Shown: positions 17,187 to 27,401 of the stretch, in pieces | Position numbering within the stretch: the first letter of the stretch is position 1 | Layout: every line of letters begins with the position of its first letter | Assembly: GCA_965221305.1 (NCBI GenBank) | Contig: OZ244881.1 | Coordinates: 4,319,505 to 4,383,504 of the forward strand | DNA: 64,000 nt | Direction of reading: 5' to 3' | Source: Vicinamibacterales bacterium | Lineage (GTDB): Bacteria; Acidobacteriota; Vicinamibacteria; Vicinamibacterales; UBA8438 | Notes under the pieces: generated by a model | What the model was told of the DNA's origin: nothing | The model's database searches: none | What the model saw: only the letters and a program-made list of their open reading frames with translations | Program-made: the position numbers and the translations under genes

Positions 17187-19373
17187 ATGGCCTATCAGGT
17201 TCTCGCCCGCAAGTGGCGGCCCCAACGGTTCGACGACGTCATCGGCCAGCGCGGGGTCACCCAGACCCTGTGCAACGCCATCGCCCGCGAGCGGGTGGCC
17301 CAGGCGTTCGTGTTCGCGGGGCCGCGCGGCGTCGGCAAGACCACGACGGCGCGCATTCTCGCCCGTGCCCTGAACTGCGTCGAGGGGCCGACGGCGGACC
17401 CGTGCGGGGAATGCGACGTCTGCCGCGAGGTGGCCGAGGGGCGCGACATCGACGTACTGGAGATCGACGCCGCCACCCACACCCAGGTCGACAACGTCCG
17501 CGAGGTGATCATCTCGGGGCTGTCCATCGCCCCCGTGCGCGACCGCCACAAGGTGTTCATCATCGACGAGGTGCACCAGCTCTCGTCCAGCTCGTTCAAC
17601 GCCCTGCTGAAGTCGGTCGAGGAGCCGCCGCCGCACGTGGTCTTCATCATGGCGACGACCCTGCTCGACAAGATTCCCGACACGATCCTCTCGCGCTCGC
17701 AGGTCTTCGAGTTCCGCACCATCGGCGTCGCCGCCATCGTCGAGCAGCTCCGGCGGATCGTCGAGGCGGAGGGGGTCGCCATCGACGACGCGGGGCTCGC
17801 CCTCGTCGCCCGCACCGCCAACGGGAGCATGCGCGATGCCGAGAGCGCGCTCGACCAGGTCATCGCCTTCGCCGGAGAGTCGGTCGGCGCCGAGGACGTG
17901 TCGGCAGTGCTCGGGCTTGTGGGTCGCGATGCGGTCCTCGACTTGGCCGAGACGGTGGCGGCGGAGACGGCTGACCGGGTCTTCGACCTGGCCGGCCGCT
18001 TCGTCGAGGCGGGGTACGACCTGCGCTCGGTCTGCCGCGAGCTCGCCCGGCTCGTGCGCGACCTGATGGTGCTGAAGGTGGACCCGCGCCGCATCGGCGA
18101 TCAGGAGATCGCCGCCGATGCCGAACGCGACCGGCTGCAGGCCTTGGCGGGTCGGTTCTCGCCGGAGGATCTGCTGCGCGGGTTCGACGTGCTGTCTCGG
18201 GCCGAGCTCGACATCCGCAGCGCGACGCAGCCGCGCTACCACTTCGAGATGGCGATGCTGCGCTGGATCCATCTGCGCGGGCTCGTGCCGCTGACGGAGC
18301 TGCTCGGCGGGGCCGGCGGGATCGAGCCGGCGCGGCCGGGTTCCGCGCGAACCAGCGTCCGCCCGGAACAGGGCGGGTCGCCGCCGCGGCGCGCCCGGCC
18401 GGCGGCGGCGAGGCCGGCGCCCCCAGGCGCGCCGCCGCCCCAGGCCTCGCCCGGCGCTGCCGCGAGCCCGACGCCGATCCCGGCCGCAACCGCGCCGACG
18501 GGCGCCGGGGGGGACGCCGCCGCCGCTTCCGCAACCGCGCCGGCCGCCGGGTCGGCCGGCGGCCTGAAGGAGCGTTTCCTCGCCGAGCTGCAGCGCAGGA
18601 AGAGGACCTTCCACGGGATTGTGGCCGCCCAGGCCCGTGCCATCGAGGTGGGCGAGGGGCGGATTACCTTCGTCTTCGACGGCGGGCAACGCACCCTGGC
18701 ACAGCAGGCCGAGAAGGGCCGTTCGTGGCTCGAGCCGTTGGCCGGCCAGGTGGCGGGACGGGAGATGACGGTGGTCGTCCGGCAGGTCGATGGGCCGGCC
18801 TCTCCGGGCGAGCCGGGGGAGGCCGAGACAAGAAGCGGTCTGCAGCAGCCGGTCCTGACGGAGCCGCAGCCCCCGACCGGGTCTCCGGGCGATCTCGACT
18901 CCTCGTCCTCCGAGTCACCGGTGGAGCCGGGGCCGACGTCGGGTCTCGAGTCCTCGCTGCTCGGGTCGCCGGTGCGGCCCGCCCCTCCGGCGTCGCCGCC
19001 CGATCGACCGGCGCCGCCGGCCGGCCTCGAGGCTCCGGCCGATTCGGGGTCGTCGCCCGGTCTCGCACCGCCGGGCGACCCCGACTCGCCGCCGTTCGGG
19101 GCGCAGTCCGCCTTCCTGCCCTCACCGGAGCCGGTGGCGGACCCCGGTTCGCCGCTCGGGTCGCCGGTGCAGTCGGGATCCCCGCCGCCGGCCCGGTCGC
19201 CGGCGCGGCCCGCCCCCGCGCGTCCGGCTTCGCAGGCGCCGTCCGGCTCCTCCGCCCCGTCGCAGGAGCCGGGGAAGACGGGCGACCTGCTCGCGCAGGC
19301 GATGGACGACCCCGCGGTACAGACCATGCTCGAGGTGTTTCCGGCCGAGATCAAGAAGATCGAAGAGATGTGA
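17187..19373 (+). CDS. dnaX: DNA polymerase III subunit gamma/tau
   Basis: Walker [10 protein letters not shown], Zn module [10 protein letters not shown], and SRC-type motifs. A long P/S/A-rich linker is followed by the conserved C-terminal [21 protein letters not shown]. Confidence 0.92.
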   Translation: MAYQVLARKWRPQRFDDVIGQRGVTQTLCNAIARERVAQAFVFAGPRGVGKTTTARILARALNCVEGPTADPCGECDVCREVAEGRDIDVLEIDAATHTQVDNVREVIISGLSIAPVRDRHKVFIIDEVHQLSSSSFNALLKSVEEPPPHVVFIMATTLLDKIPDTILSRSQVFEFRTIGVAAIVEQLRRIVEAEGVAIDDAGLALVARTANGSMRDAESALDQVIAFAGESVGAEDVSAVLGLVGRDAVLDLAETVAAETADRVFDLAGRFVEAGYDLRSVCRELARLVRDLMVLKVDPRRIGDQEIAADAERDRLQALAGRFSPEDLLRGFDVLSRAELDIRSATQPRYHFEMAMLRWIHLRGLVPLTELLGGAGGIEPARPGSARTSVRPEQGGSPPRRARPAAARPAPPGAPPPQASPGAAASPTPIPAATAPTGAGGDAAAASATAPAAGSAGGLKERFLAELQRRKRTFHGIVAAQARAIEVGEGRITFVFDGGQRTLAQQAEKGRSWLEPLAGQVAGREMTVVVRQVDGPASPGEPGEAETRSGLQQPVLTEPQPPTGSPGDLDSSSSESPVEPGPTSGLESSLLGSPVRPAPPASPPDRPAPPAGLEAPADSGSSPGLAPPGDPDSPPFGAQSAFLPSPEPVADPGSPLGSPVQSGSPPPARSPARPAPARPASQAPSGSSAPSQEPGKTGDLLAQAMDDPAVQTMLEVFPAEIKKIEEM

Positions 19374-19378
19374 CCGCC

Positions 19379-19690
19379 ATGAACATCCAGAAAATGATGC
19401 AGCAGGCGCAGCAGATGCAGGAGAACCTGCAGAAGCAGCTCCGGGAGGCGACGGTCGAGGCGACGGCGGGCGGCGGCATGGTGACCGTCGTCATGAACGG
19501 CGTCAAGGAGATACAGCGCCTGCGCATCGATCCCGAGGTGGTGTCGCCCGACGACGTGGAGATGCTGCAGGACCTCATCGTGGCGGCGGTGAGCGACGCC
19601 CAGCGTCGCGCCGACGAGCTCGCCTCCGAGCGCATGGGCGGCATGATGGGGGGCATGACCGGCGGGCTCAAGATTCCGGGGCTCTCGTGA
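19379..19690 (+). CDS. ybaB: YbaB/EbfC nucleoid-associated protein
   Basis: Sequence [55 protein letters not shown]... at ATG 19379, in frame with track ORF 18725..19690. It keeps dnaX-ybaB-recR synteny. Confidence 0.9.
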   Translation: MNIQKMMQQAQQMQENLQKQLREATVEATAGGGMVTVVMNGVKEIQRLRIDPEVVSPDDVEMLQDLIVAAVSDAQRRADELASERMGGMMGGMTGGLKIPGLS

Positions 19691-19706
19691 TCCGGCCGGA
19701 AGCGCC

Positions 19707-20303
19707 ATGATGCGAATCGAGCCCCTCGTGCGGTTGACCGGCGAGCTCCGGAAGCTGCCGGGCATCGGGGCCAAGAGCGCCCAGCGGATCGCCTTCCATC
19801 TCCTGGGCCGGTCGCGCGAGGAGGCCGACCAGCTCTGCGACGCCATTCGTGACGTCAAGGAGCGGATCGTCCACTGCTCGGTGTGCTCGAACATCACCGA
19901 CTGCAACCCGTGCTTCTACTGCACCGACGCAGGGCGCGACCGGCGTGTGCTGTGCGTAGTGGAAGATCCTCACAACGTCGACGCCATCGAGAAGACCGGC
20001 GACTTCAAGGGCGCCTACCACGTGCTGATGGGGGCGTTGTCGCCCCTGAAGGGCATCGGTCCCGACGACCTGCAGATCGCGGGGCTGCTCGATCGGGTCG
20101 GCGGCGGAGGGGTCGCCGAGGTGATTCTCGCCACCAATCCCAACGTCGAGGGCGAGGCGACGGCCATCTACTTGGCGAGGCTGCTCAAGCCGCTCGGGGT
20201 CCGGGTCAGCCGCATCGCTATGGGGGTGCCGGTGGGGAGCGACCTCGAGTACGCCGACGAGGTCACCATGCTCAAGGCGATCGAGGGCCGTCGCGAGATG
20301 TAG
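19707..20303 (+). CDS. recR: Recombination protein RecR
   Basis: HhH N-terminus, C4 zinc finger [16 protein letters not shown], and Toprim/Walker-like region. Confidence 0.95.
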   Translation: MMRIEPLVRLTGELRKLPGIGAKSAQRIAFHLLGRSREEADQLCDAIRDVKERIVHCSVCSNITDCNPCFYCTDAGRDRRVLCVVEDPHNVDAIEKTGDFKGAYHVLMGALSPLKGIGPDDLQIAGLLDRVGGGGVAEVILATNPNVEGEATAIYLARLLKPLGVRVSRIAMGVPVGSDLEYADEVTMLKAIEGRREM

Positions 20304-22077
20304 GCCCGGGCGCTCGGGCGGCGAGCTCCTCGAGCAGGGCCGCGGTGGCGGGCGCCCGATCCGCGCCGCCACCGGCCAGAGCCGTTCGCAGCTCGGCGAG
20401 GTCCGCCGCGTCGTCGACGTCGCGCCACGGCTCGAGGAGCTCGACCCGGAGTCCGCACCGCTGCGCCGCGGCCACGGTGTCGGCGCGGGTCCACGGGCCG
20501 CTCCACCGGATGCCGGTGAACAGGTCCGGCACCGCGTCTCCGGGCCGGGGCCGGGCGAGGCCGATCAGGTAGTAGCCGCCGTCGGCGGCGGGGCCCAGCA
20601 CGACCGTGTCGGGCTCCGCGGCGAGCCGGGCCAGCGCCTCGTCCACGCGGTCCGGCGGCAACCCCGGCAGATCGGAGCCGGTCGCCACCACCGGCGAGAA
20701 CCCCTCCCGGAACAGGTCCTCGAAGACCCCGCGCTCTCGCTCGCCGAGGTCGGCGCCCCGCTGCGGCATCAGCTCGCCGTCGGCGACCCCGGCCCCGGCG
20801 AACCCGTGCGGTCCGCCGTCCGGGGTGTAGGCGACCCGGAGGGCGGCCCCTTCCACACGGCGGCATGCCGAGACGACGTCCGTCACGAACGCCTCGTACA
20901 GCCGCCGCCGCTCCTGCTCGTCCGGGAGCACGCCGGCCAACCGCGTCTTCGGCGGCCGCCCCCCGCGGGGAGAGCGCGCCATCACCACCACCGCCGCGCC
21001 GCGCGGCCCGACGACGGCGCCGGCGCCGTCTCGCAGGGCCCGGAGGCCCCGGCGGGCCAGCAGCCCGACGCCGGCCGTCATCCAGACCAGCATCCGCGCC
21101 TTCCGCACGATGGCGAGGGTGACCCCGGCGGCGCCGCCGTACCCCAGCAGCTCGGCCACCGCGGCGGTGCCCGCCTCGTCCACCCCGATGCGCAGGGGGA
21201 CGATCTTGAATGCGGCGGCGAGGAGGCGGTTCGCCGACTCGAAGACGAACGCGTCGATCAGGGTCGGCGACACGTCGCCGATGGCGGCGAGGACGAGGTA
21301 GGTCTCGACGACGGCGAGGCCGTGGAAGCTCAGCTCCCAGCCCGCCAAGACGGCGAGCCGGCGGGGCGCCCGCGGGTACAGCTCGTGCACTCGGTCTTCG
21401 ATCCCGCGCGCCCGTGTGGCCCAGCCCTCGATCCGGCTGGCAGCCCCGGCTCGTTGCGCGGCGGCGCCGAGGAGACGGCTGACGGGGCGCAGGCGCCGCC
21501 AGATGATCCCGTGCACGACGGCGACGAGCAGGACGAGCGTCGTCGCCAGTACCGCGCCGGGCGTCGGCCAACTCTCGGCCGGGCCGAACCGCAGGGCCAC
21601 GGCGACCGCCCCGCCGGCGACGACGAGCGCCGCCGACAGGGTGAAGAAGAGGTTCTCGACGGCGAGGGCGGGCAGGGTGCGAGACACGGGCTCGCGGTCG
21701 TCCACGAACAGCGCCTTCGCCGGCTCCCCGACGAGGGGGCCCAGGGGGGTCAGATTCCCCGCGGTATCGCCCGCGACCGTGGCCCGGAACGCGTGCTGCC
21801 GGGTCAGGCGGTGCGGGTGGTCGAGGCAACCGCGCCAGGCGAGGGCGCGCGCCGCGAGCCGCAGGCCGCCGAGGCCCGCGACGGCAACGAAGATCCAGCC
21901 GAGGCGGCCGACGCCCGCCGCGATCTCCGCGATCCCGGCGCGCTGTACGAAGTAGACGAACAGGACCCCGCCCGCCGTCGCCGCGGCCAGGGCCGGCAGC
22001 GACCAGAGCCCCGGCCGGCCGGCCGGTGCGGCAAGGTCGCGCGCCGTGTGTTGCGGCGTCTCGACATGCCCCGTCAT
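20272..22077 (-). CDS. Fusion protein: UPF0104 (lysyl-PG synthase TM-region-like) membrane domain + DUF2064/TIGR04282-like glycosyltransferase domain
   Basis: The N-terminal ~330 aa are polytopic ([24 protein letters not shown]...). The C-terminal ~260 aa carry [19 protein letters not shown]...[11 protein letters not shown]...[15 protein letters not shown]..., typical of DUF2064. The 3' end overlaps the recR 3' end by 32 nt. Confidence 0.7.
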   Translation of the reverse strand: MTGHVETPQHTARDLAAPAGRPGLWSLPALAAATAGGVLFVYFVQRAGIAEIAAGVGRLGWIFVAVAGLGGLRLAARALAWRGCLDHPHRLTRQHAFRATVAGDTAGNLTPLGPLVGEPAKALFVDDREPVSRTLPALAVENLFFTLSAALVVAGGAVAVALRFGPAESWPTPGAVLATTLVLLVAVVHGIIWRRLRPVSRLLGAAAQRAGAASRIEGWATRARGIEDRVHELYPRAPRRLAVLAGWELSFHGLAVVETYLVLAAIGDVSPTLIDAFVFESANRLLAAAFKIVPLRIGVDEAGTAAVAELLGYGGAAGVTLAIVRKARMLVWMTAGVGLLARRGLRALRDGAGAVVGPRGAAVVVMARSPRGGRPPKTRLAGVLPDEQERRRLYEAFVTDVVSACRRVEGAALRVAYTPDGGPHGFAGAGVADGELMPQRGADLGERERGVFEDLFREGFSPVVATGSDLPGLPPDRVDEALARLAAEPDTVVLGPAADGGYYLIGLARPRPGDAVPDLFTGIRWSGPWTRADTVAAAQRCGLRVELLEPWRDVDDAADLAELRTALAGGGADRAPATAALLEELAARAPGPTSRDGPRSP

Positions 22078-22086
22078 AATGCGTGA

Positions 22087-22707
22087 ATGGCCTTCCTGTC
22101 GCCGCAGGTCGTGGCGGCGGTCATTCTACTCGCCGGCGGGCTGGCGGCTTGTTTCCTCGGCTACCGGTTGTTTCGTTGGCTGCTCGTCTTGTACGGGTTC
22201 GCGGGGGGGGCCTACGCCACGTCGCTGTTCGTCGGCACGTTGTCCCCGTGGGCCTCGGCCGGGGTAGTCGTTCTGGGGGGGCTGGCCGGCGCCGCGGTAT
22301 TGCTGGTGCTCTATCTCGCCGCGGTGGCGGTGGCGGGCGCCGCGGTCGGGGTGTTGGTTCTCAATCTCTCGTCGGCCCCGGCCGGCGGCGACCCCGAGGC
22401 CTGGATGGTGATTCTCGCATGCCTCGTCGGCGCGAGCCTCGCCGTCGTGCTGCAACGCTACGTCATCATCGTGGGGACCTCCTTCGGGGGCGCGTGGACG
22501 GCCCTCGTCGGCGCCCTCGCCCTCGTGGGACACCCCGGCGCGCAGGCCGTGACCGACGGTGACCTGTGGCAGATGTATCCGCTCGCCCCGGCGCGGGGCC
22601 AAGTGCCGTTCGCCGTCGGGTGGTTGAGCCTGGGGCTGCTGGCCGCGCTGTGGCAGCTTCTGGGAGCACGGGCGGCGAAGCCGTCGCCGGCGGACGGAGA
22701 CGTTTGA
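22087..22707 (+). CDS. DUF4203 (TMEM198-like) multi-pass membrane protein
   Basis: Gly/Ala-rich TM helices and an N-terminal GGLAACFLGYRLFRWLLVLYGFAGG pattern. Confidence 0.65.
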   Translation: MAFLSPQVVAAVILLAGGLAACFLGYRLFRWLLVLYGFAGGAYATSLFVGTLSPWASAGVVVLGGLAGAAVLLVLYLAAVAVAGAAVGVLVLNLSSAPAGGDPEAWMVILACLVGASLAVVLQRYVIIVGTSFGGAWTALVGALALVGHPGAQAVTDGDLWQMYPLAPARGQVPFAVGWLSLGLLAALWQLLGARAAKPSPADGDV

Positions 22708-22733
22708 CGCTGCGGGCCGCCGTGCTCTAAAAT
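22704..22733 (+). promoter_or_regulatory. Candidate promoter for tRNA-Asn
   Basis: TTGACG (22704-22709), an 18-nt spacer, then TAAAAT (22728-22733), about 65 nt upstream of the tRNA. Confidence 0.4.
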
Positions 22734-22799
22734 CATCACTTGGTTCGGCGCGCCCGATCACCCGCACCGGGGCGCCGGGCCGAGCGCGCTGCCGCGTGT

Positions 22800-22875
22800 T
22801 CCTCAGTAGCTCAATTGGCAGAGCATCCGGCTGTTAACCGGAGGGTTGTTGGTTCGAGTCCAACCTGAGGAGCCA
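22800..22875 (+). tRNA. tRNA-Asn (anticodon GTT), CCA encoded
   Basis: TCCTCAGTAGCTCAATTGGCAGAGCATCCGGCTGTTAACCGGAGGGTTGTTGGTTCGAGTCCAACCTGAGGAGCCA folds by hand as a cloverleaf with anticodon loop CTGTTAA. Confidence 0.93.
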
Positions 22876-23022
22876 TCCCCGACAAGTCGTCGAGCGAGTC
22901 GACCAGAACAGCATGTACCAGGCGCCGAGCTGGCTCCGTCGACCGGCGTCCGCGCCGGGGCCGCACCGGGCGACGGCATAACGCCCGCGAGAATGGGGCG
23001 CCGATCCTCGTGGAGGTGCGAG

Positions 23023-24024
23023 ATGTGGCGAGTGCTCGTGTTCCTCGCGTCGGTGTTGGGTCTTGTCAGCGGGCACCCTCTCGGCGCCCAGACCGCCCCC
23101 ACCTGCGATCCCGCCGGAGACGTGAAGTTCGTCTGCGGGACGACCAATCCAGAGGATCTCTACGCGGTTCCGGGCGCCCCGTGGGTAATCGCATCGGGAC
23201 GATACTCCGCTTCGGAGGGGCCCGTCTACGCGGTGGACCTTCGTGATCACAGCGCCCGGGAGATCTTTCCCGCGGGAGCGTTGCCGCCGGAGCACGACCG
23301 CGATACCTATGGCGCCTGCCCCGGTCCGAACGCCGTTTTCCAGCCGCACGGACTGACCCTGCGGGAGGGTGGCGGCGATGTGCACACACTCTACGTGGTC
23401 GGCCATGGCGCGCGCGAGGCCATCGAGGTCTTTGCACTGGATGTCGGCGGCGCCGTGCCCACAATGAAGTGGATCGGGTGCATTCCGGCACCGGAGGGCA
23501 CCGCCCGCATCAACTCCATCACGGCGCTGCCGGACGGCCATCTCGGCGCAACGAACTTCGACCGCGAAGGCGGGGAGCTCTGGGAATGGCATCCCGCGAC
23601 GGGCTGGGTCGAAGTGCCCGGCAGCCGGATGCCCGGTCCCAACGGTCTCGTGTCCTCGGATGACGGGCAGTGGTTCTACATCGGGGGCTGGAGCGATCGG
23701 GCCCTGGTGCGGCTGTCGCGCGGCCGGAGTCCGGTGCGCGTCGACCGGATTCCGGTTGGCTTCAACGTCGACAACGTGCGCTGGGGGCCCGATGGCAAAG
23801 TCATCGCCGCCGGTCACGTGACCCGGTGTGAAGACGTCGATCCCTGTGAGCTGTCGGCCGCCCGCGTGGCGGACGTCGACCCGACGACGTTCGAGGTTCG
23901 GCAGCTGGTGGACTACAAGGGAAACGAGTTCTTCCAGCTCGGCACCGTGGCCATCGAGGTGAATGACGAGATCTGGATTGGCGGGATCAGGGGGAGCTAC
24001 GGGATCGCCCGATTCCCACGCTGA
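23023..24024 (+). CDS. Secreted six-bladed beta-propeller protein (SMP-30/gluconolactonase/paraoxonase-like)
   Basis: ATG 23023 follows GGAGGTG at 23012-23018. Signal peptide MWRVLVFLASVLGLVSG and propeller-like repeats are present. The family assignment is from general resemblance only. Confidence 0.55.
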   Translation: MWRVLVFLASVLGLVSGHPLGAQTAPTCDPAGDVKFVCGTTNPEDLYAVPGAPWVIASGRYSASEGPVYAVDLRDHSAREIFPAGALPPEHDRDTYGACPGPNAVFQPHGLTLREGGGDVHTLYVVGHGAREAIEVFALDVGGAVPTMKWIGCIPAPEGTARINSITALPDGHLGATNFDREGGELWEWHPATGWVEVPGSRMPGPNGLVSSDDGQWFYIGGWSDRALVRLSRGRSPVRVDRIPVGFNVDNVRWGPDGKVIAAGHVTRCEDVDPCELSAARVADVDPTTFEVRQLVDYKGNEFFQLGTVAIEVNDEIWIGGIRGSYGIARFPR

Positions 24025-24061
24025 TCCCGTCGCGGCGCCCGGCGCGGGTATCATTCGCTTC

Positions 24062-24850
24062 ATGGACGTCGTCCGCATGGGTTCGCGCCGGTCGGCGGCC
24101 GCGGCCGCGTTACTGCTCGCCGCGCCGGCCGGGGCGGTGGCGCAGACGGAGTTCCACTTCCAGTACGGGAGGTTCGTCAACCCGTTCTCGGGAGAGCGAC
24201 ACTACGCGCGGGTGCTCACCTTTCAGCAGGCATCGAGCTGGTCGCTCGGCGACAGCTTCTTCTTCCTGGACTGGACCGACGACGGCGGTGGGGACGGGTT
24301 CAACGAGAAGGGCATGTACGGCGAGTGGTACCCGACCCTGAGTCTGGGCCGGGTCGCGAACCGCACGATCGGGGCGGGACCCCTCCGGGACGTGGCTCTC
24401 ATCGGCGGGTTGAACTTCGGCAACGACGCCGACATCTTCAAGGTCGTGCCCGGCGGGCGGCTCTCGTGGGACGTGCCGGGGTTCTTCTTCGTCAACACCG
24501 ATTTCGGCGCCGCCTTCGACAAGAGCTCGGGGGTCGAGAGTGGCGGGGCCCCGCGGGCCGGCGTCAGCTTCGTCATGGACGTCAACTGGGGCGCCGCGTT
24601 CGACGTCGGCTCACAGTCGTTTCTGTTCGCTGGGCACGCGAAGTACGAAGGCGCCAGGACCAACGAGCTGGGCCACCCGGTCAAGGCCTCGCTCCTCGCG
24701 CAGCCGCAGCTCGGCTGGGACGTCGGCAAGGCAACGACCGGCCACGCCGGCCAGCTCTTCCTCGGGGTGGAGTACCAGTACTGGCGGAACAAGCTCGGCG
24801 TGGACGACGGCGACAACGTCGCCCAGTTCTGGCTGATGTGGCGGCTGTGA
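24062..24850 (+). CDS. Tsx/OmpK-family outer-membrane channel
   Basis: Signal peptide, alternating beta-strand pattern, LGVEYQYWRNKLG motif, and an aromatic C-terminus (FWLMWRL). Confidence 0.65.
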   Translation: MDVVRMGSRRSAAAAALLLAAPAGAVAQTEFHFQYGRFVNPFSGERHYARVLTFQQASSWSLGDSFFFLDWTDDGGGDGFNEKGMYGEWYPTLSLGRVANRTIGAGPLRDVALIGGLNFGNDADIFKVVPGGRLSWDVPGFFFVNTDFGAAFDKSSGVESGGAPRAGVSFVMDVNWGAAFDVGSQSFLFAGHAKYEGARTNELGHPVKASLLAQPQLGWDVGKATTGHAGQLFLGVEYQYWRNKLGVDDGDNVAQFWLMWRL

Positions 24851-24860
24851 CCCATGGCGG

Positions 24861-24997
24861 TGCGTCCGCCTGCCCGACCCCGAGTCGGCCGGGACGGGCG
24901 GGTCGACCCGGTATTGCGTTGCGCCCGTCTGCCCGACCCGAGTCGCCGGGACGGGCGGGTCGACCCGGTATTGCGGTGCGCCCGCCTGCCCGACGCC
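24861..24997. repeat. REP-like palindromic unit, 57-59 bp, about 2.4 tandem copies
   Basis: Units start at 24861, 24920 and 24977 (partial): tgcg(t/c)ccg(c/t)ctgcccgac(c)ccgagtcg(g)ccgggacgggcgggtcgacccggtattgcg. CCCGCC/GGCGGG arms can pair. The repeat lies between convergent genes. Confidence 0.75.
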
Positions 24998-25122
24998 CTC
25001 CCAGTCACATGCGGCGGAAACACCAGGACGTCGGCGGCGCAGGAGCATGCGGCTCGAGCGCGTTCGACGTCCACGAATGAGCCCGCGGCGAAAACGGCGG
25101 CGATGGCCGGGCGCCCACGGCG

Positions 25123-26421
25123 TCAGTCGACGATCGCCTGGTAGACGAGGGACCGCACCTTCTGCTGATCGTCGAGGCCGATGGCCGGGATGATCTGCGT
25201 CAGGTAGACCACCACCATCTCCTCCTTCGGGTCGGCCCAGTAGGTGGAGTGGTAGGCGCCGCCCCAGCCGAACTCGCCGACCGACCCGGGCAGGCCGGCG
25301 GCGGCGGGGTCGTGGGTGATCGAGAAGCCGAGGCCGAAGCCTTGGCCAGGGCGGAACGGAATGCCGCCGAGGTGGTCGCTCAGCATCGACTCGACGGTCT
25401 TGCGCGAGAGGATGCGGGTGCCGTCGAGCTCGCCGCCGTTCAGCATCATCTGCAGGAACGTGGCGTAGTCGGTGGCCGTCGACAGCAGGCCGGCGCCGGC
25501 CGAGAACGCCTTGCGGGGGCCGTTCACGTAGTGCCCCTGGCCGACCATGTGGCCGGGGTCGGGGGCCCGCTCGATGCGGCTGCCGCCGTCGACCGACGAG
25601 TAGACGGTGGCGAGCCGGCCCAGCTTGCCGTCGGGCAGGAAGAAGTGGGTGTCGTTCATCCCGAGCGGCTCGAACACGCGCTCGGTCAGGAACTCGCCGA
25701 GGGTCTGGCCGCTGATCTTCTCGATCATCGCGCCGAGGATGTCGGTGTTGTAGCCGTAGACCCACCGCTCGCCGGGGTGGGCGTCCATCGGCAGCTCGGC
25801 GAGGCGCGCCATCGTCTCGCCCACCGTCTCGTCGCGGTCGGCGAAGTACCAGCCGGTGATGCCCGCCTCTTCCCATGCGTCGGCGGCGGCCCCGCGGTTG
25901 GCGAGCAGGCCCATGCCGTAGCTGATGCCGGCGGTGTGGGTGAGGAGGTCGCGGATGGTGACGGGCCGGCGGGCCGGCGCCACGTCGTAGCCGCCCTCGT
26001 CGTTAGGCTCGGCCACGGTCGTCTCCGCGAACGCGGGTAGGTACTTGCCGACGGGGTCGGTGATCAGCAGCCTGCCTTCCTCCTGAAGCAGCATGACCCC
26101 GACGCTGGCGAGCGCCTTCGTCTGCGACGCGATGCGGAAGATGCCGTCCGACGGCATCGGCGCCTCGGCCTCGACGTCGCGGTAGCCGATGCCCTCGCGG
26201 TACGCGATCTTGCCGCGCCGGACGACGATGGTGACGGCGCCGGCGAGCCGCCCCTCGTCGACGAGGCTCTCGAGGGCGAGGCTCAGGCGGTCGAGCCGCT
26301 CCGACGACATCCCCACCTCTTCCGGCTCGACCCGCTCCAGCCCCTGGGCGGCTCCGGTCCGGGGCACGAACAGCAGCGCGAACACGATGGCGAGCGCCGT
26401 CAGGCGAATGCGTGATCTCAT
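25123..26421 (-). CDS. Serine hydrolase, beta-lactamase/PBP family, exported
   Basis: Signal peptide MRSRIRLTALAIVFALLF and SxxK motif in FRIASQTKALASVGVMLL. It shares DY..F.QMMLNGGELDG.R with 1068..2381. Confidence 0.85.
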   Translation of the reverse strand: MRSRIRLTALAIVFALLFVPRTGAAQGLERVEPEEVGMSSERLDRLSLALESLVDEGRLAGAVTIVVRRGKIAYREGIGYRDVEAEAPMPSDGIFRIASQTKALASVGVMLLQEEGRLLITDPVGKYLPAFAETTVAEPNDEGGYDVAPARRPVTIRDLLTHTAGISYGMGLLANRGAAADAWEEAGITGWYFADRDETVGETMARLAELPMDAHPGERWVYGYNTDILGAMIEKISGQTLGEFLTERVFEPLGMNDTHFFLPDGKLGRLATVYSSVDGGSRIERAPDPGHMVGQGHYVNGPRKAFSAGAGLLSTATDYATFLQMMLNGGELDGTRILSRKTVESMLSDHLGGIPFRPGQGFGLGFSITHDPAAAGLPGSVGEFGWGGAYHSTYWADPKEEMVVVYLTQIIPAIGLDDQQKVRSLVYQAIVD

Positions 26422-26729
26422 GGCGTTACCTCTGTCCCTTCGTCGATCTCGACTGGTGAGTTGCGGAACGCGGATTCCTGGCCCCCATGATAGCCCGTGA
26501 CGGCGGTCGCGCGCGTAGCGCGGCCCGCGGCAACCGCGGGACGGTCACCGAGCCCGCATCCGCTCGCACCAGTCGCGAAGCGCCGGCCGGTCCGCGGCGA
26601 AGTCCTCGCGGTAGAACGCGAAGGGCCTGCCGCCGCACGCGTTCGACTGCGGGCTGCAGAAGGACCTACCGGAGCACGTCGCCCACCCGCGGAGAAAACG
26701 CGGCGGATCAGGGCGCGGAGTCGGCGCGG

Positions 26730-26757
26730 TTGACATCTATATAAGTTTTTATATACT
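26730..26757 (+). promoter_or_regulatory. Strong sigma70-like promoter with overlapping palindromic operator, for the padR operon
   Basis: TTGACA (26730-26735), a 16-nt spacer, then TATACT (26752-26757). An inverted repeat TATATAA-gttt-TTATATA (26738-26755) lies within it. It sits in a ~48-bp stretch of about 20% GC. Confidence 0.6.
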
Positions 26758-26783
26758 AACTATATCATTATTGATGTAGTCAC

Positions 26784-27401
26784 ATGAGCCTCGATCACAT
26801 CCTCCTCGGTCTGCTCCGCGAACCGGCCACCGGTTACGACCTCGGGAACGCGTTCAGCGAGAACGTCCGCCATTTCTGGTCGGCCGAGCTCAGTCAGATC
26901 TACCCGACGCTCAAGCGCCTCGAGCAGCGCGGGATGCTTCGCAGCCGGGTCGAGCCGTCGCCGAAGGGGCCGAACCGCCGGGTCTACGCGCTGACGGAGG
27001 AGGGCCGGTTCGAGCTGCTGCGCTGGCTGCGCGGCGGCCCCGCCGTGGGCACGGAACGGTTCGCGTACCTGGCGCAGCTCTACTTCATGGACGCGCTGGG
27101 CGATCTGCAGGAGACGCGGGCCTTCATGACCGGGCTCCGGGGACATCTGGCCGGCTGGCTGGCGCAGCTCCGGGCAGTCGAACAGGAGGTCGTCGCCGCC
27201 CACGGCGGAGATCCCGCGCGGTACGGAGACGCGGGCTTCCACCACTTCGCGGCGCTCCGGATGGGCATTCACTCGATCGGGTCGAAGGTGGCCTGGTGCG
27301 ACGAGACGTTGGCCGCGATCGACCGGCGCTTGGCGCCCGCCCGCGATACGGGGGCTGCGGCGCGCGACGAGGCCTGGGAAGAGATGGAGCATCTGCTATG
27401 A
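26784..27401 (+). CDS. PadR-family transcriptional regulator (with C-terminal dimerisation extension)
   Basis: Winged-helix motif ILLGLLREPATGYDLGNAF...WSAELSQIYPTLKRLEQRGML...RRVYALTEEG. Confidence 0.9.
   Translation: MSLDHILLGLLREPATGYDLGNAFSENVRHFWSAELSQIYPTLKRLEQRGMLRSRVEPSPKGPNRRVYALTEEGRFELLRWLRGGPAVGTERFAYLAQLYFMDALGDLQETRAFMTGLRGHLAGWLAQLRAVEQEVVAAHGGDPARYGDAGFHHFAALRMGIHSIGSKVAWCDETLAAIDRRLAPARDTGAAARDEAWEEMEHLL

Noticed and set aside
17187-19373. Looked for a dnaX programmed frameshift or transcriptional slippage site (A-rich heptamer) that would give a separate gamma subunit
   Set aside because: No A AAA AAG-like or long A-run was seen by eye within the gene. This cannot be excluded without a systematic scan, so no claim is made.
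20272-20303. 32-nt convergent overlap of the recR and fusion-gene 3' ends
   Set aside because: It is probably just a consequence of late stop codons in GC-rich DNA. There is no evidence for antisense regulation.
20168-22086. ORFs 20168..21829 (-) and 20806..22086 (+)
   Set aside because: They are an alternative frame of, and antisense to, the UPF0104-DUF2064 fusion gene, with Arg/Pro/Gly-rich translations.
26545-26736. 63-aa minus-strand ORF whose tail (FYREDFAADRPALRDWCERMRAR) resembles the C-terminus of glutathione S-transferases
   Set aside because: The similarity covers only about 20 residues. The start codon sits inside the padR -35 box and no N-terminal GST fold is present. It may be a GST remnant, but I cannot support it as a gene.
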